Below are positions 9,500 to 18,138 of a stretch of 64,000 nucleotides of DNA, piece by piece. The notes below the pieces were generated by a model. It made no database searches, was not told where the DNA came from, and saw only the letters and a list, made by a program, of their open reading frames with translations. A program made the position numbers and the translations under genes. Position 1 is the first letter of the stretch. The number at the start of each line of letters is the position of its first letter. Origin of the DNA: an uncultured Aestuariivirga sp. (GTDB lineage Bacteria > Pseudomonadota > Alphaproteobacteria > Rhizobiales > Aestuariivirgaceae); assembly GCA_964244825.1 (NCBI GenBank), contig CAXTKL010000001.1, positions 1,480 to 65,479 on the forward strand, in the 5' to 3' direction.

Positions 9500-10549
9500 C
9501 TAATTGCAACTATACTTTGTATAAATGCGCACTGGCGAGAGGCGCAGCTGTTGCGGCGAAATTTTGTCAAGCAACCCGACGACTTGCCGCACGGCAGACT
9601 CAACCTCTGCCAACACATCATGGCCGATAGCGAAATGCATGATTCCGGACTCAAGCAGATAACGTGAATTGGCGTTCAGCTCATGACCAATAAACACCAC
9701 TTTCCCGATGAGACCATGTTCCTTGAGTGCTCTGCCAATGCCGATGTTACCGCCAACTGTGTTGTAAATTCCGATCGGAGCGCCATTTTCTTCAATGTAT
9801 TTTATGACATTGCGATAGGAGTGTTCACTGTCGTCGTTGGAATTGACGCGATCATGAATGTCAAGATGTGCAAAGGAGGTGCGCAGCACCCGGCGAAAAC
9901 CCAGTTCGCGTTCTTCCTGGGCGCGATAGGGCGCGGAATAGACCAGCAGAATCTCGCCTCCACGATCGCCAGCCATTTGCCCCATAAGATAGGCTGCAGT
10001 TGATCCGGCACTCGCTTGATCGCTTCCAACATAGGCACTCCTGCCAGAGCTGGGCAGGTCGGTCGAGAGGCACACGATTGGCACTTTTCGGGCAACCACA
10101 TTGCGAACCGCCCGGTTAATAATGAGATCTTCGCGTGCCACCACAACCAGGCCATCAACTTCTTCTGCTGTGCGTTCGATGAGGTTGGCAAATTTGATGG
10201 GATCAACCTGTGCTGAGGTTATGCCCACAAAGGGGCAAGCGATGCCGGGATGAAAGTTGCAATATTGGGCAACGGCATGTTCGAGCGTTGCATTGAAACT
10301 GGCACCCGAATCCGAAAGGAACGCAATTCGCTTGACTGCGTCGAACTGCGTTACTGCGGGCCGTTGTTTCAAACGCGACAAGGCGGCCAAAACCTTGTCC
10401 CGTGTCACCACGCGCACATTGCTGCGGCCATTCAAAACTCGGTCTACCGTGGCTGTACCCACCCGAGATTCACGTGCGATGTCCGCGATTGTGGGATTGC
10501 GCCAATCGAAGTCTTTTTCTTTCGTAGCAAAGGGTTTTTGGAAATCCAT
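9500..10549 (-). CDS. LacI-family transcriptional regulator
   Basis: TIADIARESRVGTATVDRVLNGR HTH plus periplasmic-binding-protein-like domain; start uncertain (10549-10561). Confidence 0.92.
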   Translation of the reverse strand: MDFQKPFATKEKDFDWRNPTIADIARESRVGTATVDRVLNGRSNVRVVTRDKVLAALSRLKQRPAVTQFDAVKRIAFLSDSGASFNATLEHAVAQYCNFHPGIACPFVGITSAQVDPIKFANLIERTAEEVDGLVVVAREDLIINRAVRNVVARKVPIVCLSTDLPSSGRSAYVGSDQASAGSTAAYLMGQMAGDRGGEILLVYSAPYRAQEERELGFRRVLRTSFAHLDIHDRVNSNDDSEHSYRNVIKYIEENGAPIGIYNTVGGNIGIGRALKEHGLIGKVVFIGHELNANSRYLLESGIMHFAIGHDVLAEVESAVRQVVGLLDKISPQQLRLSPVRIYTKYSCN

Positions 10550-10565
10550 CATCTCCACCAAGTTA

Positions 10566-10582
10566 TGATGTAAAATACATCA
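10566..10582. promoter_or_regulatory. putative LacI operator (perfect inverted repeat)
   Basis: TGATGTA-aaa-TACATCA between the divergent lacI and ABC operon. Confidence 0.7.
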
Positions 10583-10645
10583 AGTCAATCAAACGAGTTT
10601 GCGCCTGCGAAGTAATCCAAAATATTTGTGCAATGCGGAATTTAT

Positions 10646-10662
10646 TGATTTGAATTACATCA
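10646..10662. promoter_or_regulatory. second, degenerate LacI operator
   Basis: TGATTTG-aat-TACATCA, same length and same right half-site as 10566-10582. Confidence 0.55.
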
Positions 10663-10787
10663 AAAATCATAAATTTTGATGTTGTCCCGATTTAGAACAA
10701 ATGTTCTAATCCAAAAATTGCCGAAACACCCGATTCAAAAACAGCAAGGCAATTTCACGACAAAAATCCCCGTCAAGCGACGGCAAC

Positions 10788-11777
10788 ATGGAGGAAATGG
10801 GAATGACAAAAATGAAATTGATGATGGGCGTAATGCTTACAGGCGCTGCACTGGCCGCTTTTGCACCCGTTGCTGATGCTGCAAAAATCGCAGTTATTGG
10901 CGGCAAGGCTGACGACTTATTCTGGAACAAGATCAAAAAAGGCATGGACGATGCTTGCTTGGCTGTTGTGGCCAATGGCGGCAGCTGTAACTATCTCCAA
11001 CTGCAGACTTACGACAATCTTGGTGCGGATGCAGCGCAGCTCGTGCGCACCGCAATCAGCCAAGGTGCGACTGGTATTGTGATTCCTGACTGGGTTCCAG
11101 AAGCTGAAGACCCAGCCATCAAGGAAGCCATGGAAAAAGGCATCAAAATCATCTTGATCAACGCTGGTAACGGCGCGAAGGCCAAAGAACTCGGTGCCAT
11201 AAACTATGTTGGCAACGATGAGTACGAAGCTGGTCTCGCCGCTGGCGCAAACTATGCCAAGCTCGGCAAGAAGAATGTGATCTGCATCAACACAGTTCCC
11301 GGCGCTGCCAACCTTGAAGCCCGTTGTAAGGGTGTTGCCGACGGTGCTGCAAAGAATGGTTCCAAATCAACGCAGTTGCCGCTTCCTGCTTCAAGCTTCG
11401 GTGATCCAACTGCCGTTGCAGAAGCCATCAAGGCGACCTTGCTGAAGGATGACACGATTGACGGCGCGATCACGATTTCTGCAGGTGACGCTGACAGCGC
11501 CGCTACTGGCGTCGATCAAGCTGGCAAGACCGGCAAAGTAACCCTTGCTTCTTTCGATTTCAACCAAACGGGTCTTGATCGCATCAAGGCCGGCACACAA
11601 GGCTTTGCCATTGATCAACAACCCTACCTGCAAGCGAATATCGGTGTGAACTTGCTTGCCAACTACATCGATTTTGGCAACTTGCTGCCAACTTTCCCCG
11701 TTCTCACGGGGCCTGGCATCATTGACTCTTCAAACATTGACGCAACGCTGATGGGCGTTACGGCTGGTGCACGCTGA
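10788..11777 (+). CDS. sugar/cyclitol ABC transporter substrate-binding protein
   Basis: Signal peptide ending ADA, DDLFWNKIKKG, YVGNDEYEAG and IDQQPYLQ (Peripla_BP_4 type); start could be 10803. Confidence 0.92.
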   Translation: MEEMGMTKMKLMMGVMLTGAALAAFAPVADAAKIAVIGGKADDLFWNKIKKGMDDACLAVVANGGSCNYLQLQTYDNLGADAAQLVRTAISQGATGIVIPDWVPEAEDPAIKEAMEKGIKIILINAGNGAKAKELGAINYVGNDEYEAGLAAGANYAKLGKKNVICINTVPGAANLEARCKGVADGAAKNGSKSTQLPLPASSFGDPTAVAEAIKATLLKDDTIDGAITISAGDADSAATGVDQAGKTGKVTLASFDFNQTGLDRIKAGTQGFAIDQQPYLQANIGVNLLANYIDFGNLLPTFPVLTGPGIIDSSNIDATLMGVTAGAR

Positions 11778-11792
11778 CACTTGACTGAAACT

Positions 11793-11840
11793 TGCGTTCG
11801 GCCTGAAGCTCCTGTTCGGGTCGGACGCATTCTTCTTTTC
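11793..11840 (+). terminator. stem-loop with pyrimidine tail after the binding-protein gene
   Basis: TGCGTTCGGCCTGAA...TTCGGGTCGGACGCA followed by TTCTTCTTTT. Confidence 0.55.
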
Positions 11841-11959
11841 CCCTACCCTTCTGGGAGGGTAAGGTGGAGTCCACTTCAAGACAGTCCTATCTGCATTATG
11901 ATGTCATTTGGGTTTGCCAGACCCTACACCGACTCTCCCCAAAGGCGGGAGGGGGAAAG
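11836..11959. repeat. degenerate RIME/REP-like palindromic element
   Basis: Two arms, CCCTACCCTTCTGGGAGGGTAAGG and CCCTACACCGACTCTCCCCAAAGGCGGGAGGGGGAAA, resemble alphaproteobacterial intergenic palindromes. Confidence 0.45.
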
Positions 11960-11970
11960 TTCGAACGCTG

Positions 11971-13011
11971 ATGACCACTACACCCATCGGACACAATGCA
12001 CCAAATGCGGCAAGTGCCGGCTTTTCCTGGGGGAGCCTTCTGCGCCGCCCGGAATCGGGTGCGCTCCTGGGCCTCGCTTCAATGTTTGTTTTCTTTACTG
12101 TCTTCGGTGGACTGAGTTTCCTGACTGTCGGTAGTATCGGCGCTTGGATGAATATCGCTGCAAATCTCGGTATCATCGCGATACCAATCGGATTGCTCAT
12201 GATTGCTGGCGAGTTGGATATTTCCGTCGGATCAATGGTTCCGGCTGGTTCGATGACAACTGCAATCATCGCAGGTCATTATCATATGCCTATTTGGCTG
12301 GCGATCGCTGCCGTGTTTGTACTTGGAATTGTTGTGGGCCTGATCAACGGTAACCTGGTGGTGCGAACCGCAGTGCCGTCCTTCATTGTCACATTGGGTA
12401 CCTTGTTCGCGTTGGCGGGCTTTATTCTGGGCCTTTCAGTGATAATAACCGGCACCACCAGCGTTGCACTGACAGCACCACCACTTGCAAAAGCCATTTT
12501 TGGGGACTTGTATTTTGGCAAACAGTTCCAGGTCATCATTGCATGGTGGTTCGTCGCGGCGGCTGTCTATATATTTTTTGTGCACTATTCGAAATATGGA
12601 AACTGGGTTTTTGCCATGGGCGGAGACCGAGTTGCTGCGCGCAATGCGGGAATTCCTACCTCGCGCTTGACCATTACTCTTTTTGTTCTTTCAGCAACAA
12701 GTGCTGCATTTGTGGGCATGTGCCAAGCCATCCTGTTCAACTCAGCGCAGGTTTCAGGTGGGCAATCCTACATTTTTAATTCCATTATCGCCGTTGTGGT
12801 CGGCGGCGTTTTGCTGACAGGTGGTTTCGGTTCTGTGATTGGTATTCTATTTGGGACAATCACCTTCGCGATCGTGACACAAGGCATTTATTACACCAAC
12901 TTTGATCGCAATTGGTCCAGCCTGATCATTGGTATGTTGCTATTGGCCGCAGTTCTCTTGAACAACACATTCCGCAAAATGGCGCTGACCTATTCGCCAA
13001 AAAAGAAGTGA
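11971..13011 (+). CDS. sugar ABC transporter permease
   Basis: GELDISVGS, PSFIVTLG, GGDRVAARNAGI and IIAVVVGG; multiple TM segments; start moved to ATG 11971. Confidence 0.92.
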   Translation: MTTTPIGHNAPNAASAGFSWGSLLRRPESGALLGLASMFVFFTVFGGLSFLTVGSIGAWMNIAANLGIIAIPIGLLMIAGELDISVGSMVPAGSMTTAIIAGHYHMPIWLAIAAVFVLGIVVGLINGNLVVRTAVPSFIVTLGTLFALAGFILGLSVIITGTTSVALTAPPLAKAIFGDLYFGKQFQVIIAWWFVAAAVYIFFVHYSKYGNWVFAMGGDRVAARNAGIPTSRLTITLFVLSATSAAFVGMCQAILFNSAQVSGGQSYIFNSIIAVVVGGVLLTGGFGSVIGILFGTITFAIVTQGIYYTNFDRNWSSLIIGMLLLAAVLLNNTFRKMALTYSPKKK

Positions 13012-13015
13012 GGTC

Positions 13016-13825
13016 TTGACCATGTCTGCATCAACCTCAACGCCCATTCTGGAACTGAAACACGTCAACAAGTCCTTCGGCCCGATTGAAGTGCTGAATG
13101 ATATTTCCCTGCAGGTCCGGGCGGGTGAAGTGCTGTGCCTGCTCGGTGACAATGGTGCCGGAAAATCCACGCTGATCAAACTGATGTCCGGCGTTTATAT
13201 CCCGACGTCGGGCCAGGTGGAAATGGATGGCACGCCTGTCACCTTTAAAACACCGCGCGAGGCGAGCGAACGTGGCATTGCCACCGTGCACCAGTTCGGT
13301 GGCACCTTTCCCCTGATGAGCATTGGCCGCAGTTTCTTTGTGGGTGTGGAACCGACAAAGGGATGGGGACCCTTCAAGGTTTTTGACCGCAAAAAGGCCA
13401 ATGAGATCGCCGTCAAATCCGTGCAGGACTTCGGCATTACCCGCATTGATGACGGTGATCGTCTGGTGGGCGGTCTTTCCGGCGGCGAGCGCCAGTCACT
13501 GGCCATTGCGCGTGCCGTGCATTTCGGCGCTCGTGTGTTGATCCTTGATGAACCGACAGCTGCACTCGGCGTCAAGCAGGCATCCCACGTTTTGCGCATT
13601 GTGAATCAGGCAAAAAAACGCGGCCTCGCCGTGATCTTCATTACCCATCAGGTGATGCATGCCATGGCCGTGGGCGATCACTTTGCCGTGCTCATTCGTG
13701 GCGCCGTGGCCGCAGACTTCAAGAAGGGCGAACGCACCCGCGAACAGATCACTGATCTCATGGCGGGCGGCGAAACCATGGCCAATCTTGAAGCTGAAAT
13801 TGAAGCCCACGCCAGCAGCCATTGA
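13016..13825 (+). CDS. sugar ABC transporter ATP-binding protein (single domain)
   Basis: Walker A GDNGAGKS, signature LSGGERQ, Walker B LILDEPT. Confidence 0.95.
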   Translation: MTMSASTSTPILELKHVNKSFGPIEVLNDISLQVRAGEVLCLLGDNGAGKSTLIKLMSGVYIPTSGQVEMDGTPVTFKTPREASERGIATVHQFGGTFPLMSIGRSFFVGVEPTKGWGPFKVFDRKKANEIAVKSVQDFGITRIDDGDRLVGGLSGGERQSLAIARAVHFGARVLILDEPTAALGVKQASHVLRIVNQAKKRGLAVIFITHQVMHAMAVGDHFAVLIRGAVAADFKKGERTREQITDLMAGGETMANLEAEIEAHASSH

Positions 13826-13841
13826 ACCCAGGGAAATTCTG

Positions 13842-14612
13842 ATGCCATTTACACTTGCTGCCTGTGCCGAAATGTTGTGGCGCGACAAGCCCATTGAATG
13901 GCGCTGTTCGCGCCTGAAGGAACTTGGCTTTCAAGTGGGCCTGTGGAACTGGCCGGAGCATGATCTGGCCAAACTGGAAAAGTCCGGTGCCACATTCTCG
14001 ATCATGAATGGCTACCTGCGTGGTACGCTGGTGGATGATGCAGGTGCTGATGAACTTTTGAAAACGGCGCGGGAAACCGCATTGGTTGGGAAACGCCTCG
14101 GCGTGGCACGGCTGAACCTGCATGGCACGGGTCTTGGCGAAGGTGGCATTCCCGTTGTGCAGAACGAGGTGCTCACAGGTGCCATGTGGATGAAGGCCCG
14201 GGATACGCTGCACCGCATTTGTGACATGGCGGAGAAAGAGGGTGTGACTTACACATTGGAAAACCTCAACCTGATGGAACATCCAGGCTGTCCCTTCAAC
14301 ACCACAGCCGATGTTCTGGCACTGGTGTCTGCCATCAATCGTCCGCAATTGCGCATCAACCTTGACCTCTATCACACGCAGATTGGCGAGGGTGACCTGC
14401 TGCGCTGGGCGCAAAAGTGCCTGCCGTGGATTGGTGAAATCCAGGTTGCCGACAATCCCGGACGTTGTGAACCAGGTACTGGCGAAATCAATTATGCCGC
14501 AGTGGCAAATGGCCTAAGGGCCATGGGCTTTTCGGGTGCTATCGGCATGGAAGCGAATGCGGCTGGCGATGTTGAAACGGCCTTGGAAGCCTTCCGCGCG
14601 GCCTTTTCCTGA
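13842..14612 (+). CDS. Hyi-family TIM-barrel isomerase/epimerase (hydroxypyruvate isomerase-like)
   Basis: LENLN, LDLYHTQIGEG, IQVADNPGRCEPGTGEINY and IGME; start moved to ATG 13842. Confidence 0.88.
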   Translation: MPFTLAACAEMLWRDKPIEWRCSRLKELGFQVGLWNWPEHDLAKLEKSGATFSIMNGYLRGTLVDDAGADELLKTARETALVGKRLGVARLNLHGTGLGEGGIPVVQNEVLTGAMWMKARDTLHRICDMAEKEGVTYTLENLNLMEHPGCPFNTTADVLALVSAINRPQLRINLDLYHTQIGEGDLLRWAQKCLPWIGEIQVADNPGRCEPGTGEINYAAVANGLRAMGFSGAIGMEANAAGDVETALEAFRAAFS

Positions 14613-14626
14613 GGCGGAGAACAGAC

Positions 14627-15628
14627 ATGGATGAATTGAAATACGGAAGCAAAAACAAGCGCGGTGATTTTGCGCCTAACGAGCATTTGCAAATCGCGCC
14701 CTATTTCGAGTTTCCGCCAAGCCCTGTCAAGTTGTTGCAGTTCCTGAAGGGATATTTCTTCCCGTGGAACATCATGTACATGGCGCTGGCATTGCTGTTT
14801 TATTTCTATCTGACTCCTGGCCCCGAAACCACCAAGACGCTGGCCCCGGGCTGGATTGCGTTTCTGCTGCTGCGCAATTCCATTCTGGTGTTTGTGATTT
14901 ACGGTCTCATGGAACTGCGCCTTTATAAACAGAAAAGCCAGGGCAACCGTTTTAAATACCATGGGCAGTTTCCCGCTGAAAAGCCGAGTGACGTGTTCAT
15001 GTTCAAAAACCAGAACATCGACAACATCATCCGCACGTTTGTGTCAGGCGTTCCGATCTGGACGGCTTGGGAAACCTTTGGCCTCTGGGCCTATGGCAAT
15101 GGCTGGGGGCCATGGACCACATTCGCCGCGCATCCTTACTGGCTGCTTTTTCTGGGCTTCATGTTTCCGTTCTGGCATGAGTTTCATTTCTACTGCATCC
15201 ACCGTCTCATCCACGTGCCAGTGCTCTACAGATATATTCACTCGGTCCATCACAATTCAGTCAATCCCAGTCCGTGGTCGTCATTATCCATGCACCCCAT
15301 CGAGCATCTGCTCTACTGGTCTGACTCACTGATTCATCTGGTCTTGCCATCACATCCACTGCTGTTCCTCTATGGCTTGCAGGTTACGGGCACAGGAGCT
15401 GTTGTAGGTCACATCGGATTTGACAAGATTGAAGTGGGATCAGAAACAGGAGTCCCCACCCACGCTTATGCCCATTACTTGCACCACAAGTATTTCGAAG
15501 TAAATTATGCAGATGGCACCACGGCCCTCGATAAACTGTTTGGCACATGGCATGATGGCAGCAAGGAAGCGCAGGCCCAGATGGAGGCACGCTACGAGCA
15601 AAAAGTCGCACGCATGAACGCAAAATGA
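14627..15628 (+). CDS. sterol desaturase / fatty-acid-hydroxylase family membrane di-iron enzyme
   Basis: His boxes HEFHFYCIHRLIH, HSVHH, MHPIE and HYLHHKY...NY, plus DKLFGT; TM segments. Confidence 0.88.
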   Translation: MDELKYGSKNKRGDFAPNEHLQIAPYFEFPPSPVKLLQFLKGYFFPWNIMYMALALLFYFYLTPGPETTKTLAPGWIAFLLLRNSILVFVIYGLMELRLYKQKSQGNRFKYHGQFPAEKPSDVFMFKNQNIDNIIRTFVSGVPIWTAWETFGLWAYGNGWGPWTTFAAHPYWLLFLGFMFPFWHEFHFYCIHRLIHVPVLYRYIHSVHHNSVNPSPWSSLSMHPIEHLLYWSDSLIHLVLPSHPLLFLYGLQVTGTGAVVGHIGFDKIEVGSETGVPTHAYAHYLHHKYFEVNYADGTTALDKLFGTWHDGSKEAQAQMEARYEQKVARMNAK

Positions 15629-16629
15629 CGGTTCGCATTGGCTTGATCGGTGCTGGCATCATGGGGGCTGATCACGCGCGCATATTTGCCGAGGAAGTGC
15701 CGGGCACAAGCTTGCAGGTGATCTGCGACGCGGATCAAGCGCGGGCGAAATCTGTGGCTGATGCGACGGCGGTGAAAGCCATTGCCAGCGATCCACTGCG
15801 GGTCATCAATGATCGCGCTGTTGACGCTGTGGTAATTGCGGCACCCGATCCGTTTCATGCCCCGTTGACGTTGGCCTGTATCGCTGCAGGAAAGCCTGTG
15901 TTGTGTGAGAAGCCCTTGTCGCAGGACGTCAAGGAATGTCTCGCTGTGCTCGCCGCTGAAGAAAAGCATGGTGTGAGACGGGTGCAGGTCGGCTTCATGC
16001 GCCGCTTTGATCCCTCTTACACGGAAATCAAGGCGCTGCTGACCAGAGGGGATCTGGGCAAGGCCATGATATTTCACTGCTTCCACCGCAACGTTGCCCC
16101 CGCCTATGACTTTCGCGCGGAAATGGCCATTTGCAATTCGGCCCCCCATGAATTTGACGTGGCACGCTGGATGCTGGATTCGGACTTCAAATCCATCAGC
16201 GTGTTCCGTCCATCGTGTGGAGGGGAAACCGCACCCGTGTTCATGGTGCTGGAAACCGTGGCGGGGCAGTTGGTGAATATCGAAGTCAACATCAGCGCAA
16301 TGTATGGCTATGACGTGCGTGGCGAACTGGTGGGGGAAAAGGGCACGGCTGTGCTCCGCGCACCGATCAATGCCGACGTCAATTTGGGCCTGCACCACTA
16401 TAACACCTACCCGCAAGATTGGCGCCCGCGCTTTGTCGACGCCTACCGCCAGCAAAACCGTGCGTGGGTGAAATCAATCGTCACTGGCAAATCCAACCTT
16501 GGCGCGTCGGCGTGGGATGGCTACAGTTCAAGCGTCGTAGCGGAAGCTGGCGTTGAGGCGCTGCGGACGGGAAAGACGGTTACCATTTCGCAGATTGGCA
16601 AACCAAAATTTTACGATACGCTGACGTGA
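15625..16629 (+). CDS. inositol 2-dehydrogenase-like Gfo/Idh/MocA oxidoreductase (IolG-like)
   Basis: IGLIGAGIMG, CEKP, QVGFMRRFD, HRN and YGYDVRGE, typical of IolG. Confidence 0.85.
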   Translation: MTVRIGLIGAGIMGADHARIFAEEVPGTSLQVICDADQARAKSVADATAVKAIASDPLRVINDRAVDAVVIAAPDPFHAPLTLACIAAGKPVLCEKPLSQDVKECLAVLAAEEKHGVRRVQVGFMRRFDPSYTEIKALLTRGDLGKAMIFHCFHRNVAPAYDFRAEMAICNSAPHEFDVARWMLDSDFKSISVFRPSCGGETAPVFMVLETVAGQLVNIEVNISAMYGYDVRGELVGEKGTAVLRAPINADVNLGLHHYNTYPQDWRPRFVDAYRQQNRAWVKSIVTGKSNLGASAWDGYSSSVVAEAGVEALRTGKTVTISQIGKPKFYDTLT

Positions 16630-16669
16630 AGTCACACAAACATTTGCTTGAATTGTTAGTGGCGGGCTC

Positions 16670-18004
16670 TCAAAAAAATCCGCGCGGAATAATGCGTTGT
16701 TCATAAGCCTCACGTTCCAATTCTTCCCTGAACAGGGGATGCGCAATCGAGATCAATGCCTTTGCCCGTTCAGGAACGGATTTGCCCTTGAGATTGACCA
16801 TGCCATATTCCGTGGCCACATACATGACGTCCGAGCGCGGCGTGGTGACGACGTTGCCGGCTGTAAGATTGAGAACAATGCGGCTGCGCGGCTCGCCTTT
16901 TTTATCATAGGTCGAGGCCATGCAGATGACAGACTTACCGCCCTTTGACGCATAGGCGCCGCGCACGAATTGCAATTGCCCGCCGGTGCCACTGATATGC
17001 CGCCTGCCGTCGGACTCGGACGCAGCCTGGCCTTGCAGATCGATCTGAGTGGTGTTGTTGATCGATACCACATCGTCATTCTGCATGATCATGTGGGGCA
17101 GATTTGTGTGATCCACCGGGCAGCAATGCATGTCCGGATTGCGGTCCAGTGTCGCGTAAAGGTCTCTTGATCCCAAGGCAAAACTGTAGGTCGATTTTCC
17201 CTTGTCGAGAGTCTTGCGTGCGCCTGTGACGCGTCCGGCTTTGTAAAGTGCCGCGATGCCGTCTGTCATCATCTCAGTATGAATGCCCAGATCGCGCACA
17301 TCGCTTTCAAGCAAAAGTGTGCACACTGCATTGGGCATGCCGCCAATGCCAATTTGCAGGCAAGACCCGTCGTCGATTTCTTTCATAATATGGGCCGCAA
17401 CCGCGCGGTCAATCGCTGAAGGCGGTGCATTTGGCAGTTCGGGCGCAGGCTGGTCATCACCCTCTATGATATAGTCAACTTCACTGATGTGGACGCCAGT
17501 CTTCTCGCCGTACACATAGGGCAACCCTGTCGTCACCTCGATGATGACAGTTTTCGCCCGCTCCACAATGGCGCGGTGCCAAAGATTGGCAGCGCTCATG
17601 TTAAAAAAGCCGTGGTCGTCCATCGGGCAGGTTTTGAGAATCACAATATCCACAGGATCAATAAAGCGGCGATAGTAGTCAGGAATTTCACCAAGGTTGA
17701 CGGGCAGATAGCTGCACAGCCCGGCATCATGTTTTTTCCGGTCATATCCGGAAAAGTGCAAGCTGAACGTGTGCATGTGTTCGCCCTTGGGATCAGCTTC
17801 AATCACCGCCCTTGGCCGCATGCTCAGGCAGGTACGAATTTTGAGATTATCGAGTTCAGTAATTCTTGCTGCAAGTGCCTTGTCAAACACATCCGGCTGG
17901 CACAGGGACGTGCCGTAATCTATCCACGTGCCGGACTTCACCAGACTGGCGGCTTGTGCGGCTGATAAGGATTTTGCGGCGTTGGTTGCAGTTCTCAGAG
18001 CCAT
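16670..18004 (-). CDS. acetyl-CoA hydrolase / 4-hydroxybutyrate-type CoA-transferase
   Basis: LQIGIGGMPNAV, GIHTEM, SGTGGQLQFVRGA, ATEYG and IAHP; start moved to ATG 18004. Confidence 0.92.
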   Translation of the reverse strand: MALRTATNAAKSLSAAQAASLVKSGTWIDYGTSLCQPDVFDKALAARITELDNLKIRTCLSMRPRAVIEADPKGEHMHTFSLHFSGYDRKKHDAGLCSYLPVNLGEIPDYYRRFIDPVDIVILKTCPMDDHGFFNMSAANLWHRAIVERAKTVIIEVTTGLPYVYGEKTGVHISEVDYIIEGDDQPAPELPNAPPSAIDRAVAAHIMKEIDDGSCLQIGIGGMPNAVCTLLLESDVRDLGIHTEMMTDGIAALYKAGRVTGARKTLDKGKSTYSFALGSRDLYATLDRNPDMHCCPVDHTNLPHMIMQNDDVVSINNTTQIDLQGQAASESDGRRHISGTGGQLQFVRGAYASKGGKSVICMASTYDKKGEPRSRIVLNLTAGNVVTTPRSDVMYVATEYGMVNLKGKSVPERAKALISIAHPLFREELEREAYEQRIIPRGFF

Positions 18005-18054
18005 GCGGGTCGTGATCCAGATTACGAAATCGTGCACAACTATGATCGGATTCT

Positions 18055-18085
18055 AAAGTTTCACGCAAGCCCTGTCGTTTATGCG
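18055..18085 (+). promoter_or_regulatory. putative Rem/FtcR-type flagellar promoter upstream of the diguanylate cyclase
   Basis: AAAG-tttcacg-CAAG-N10-TATGCG, same architecture as the motA, flgB and DUF1217 upstream motifs. Confidence 0.6.
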
Positions 18086-18138
18086 ATGGATCGACTGCCG
18101 TGTTTCGGCTGGTTTTGTTCTCAATAGAGACCCACGCC

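Noticed and set aside
16670-18004. CoA-transferase as the acyl acceptor of the lipoyl-carrier pathway
   Set aside because: It is on the opposite strand, shows no shared operator and belongs to a common family; proximity is the only link.
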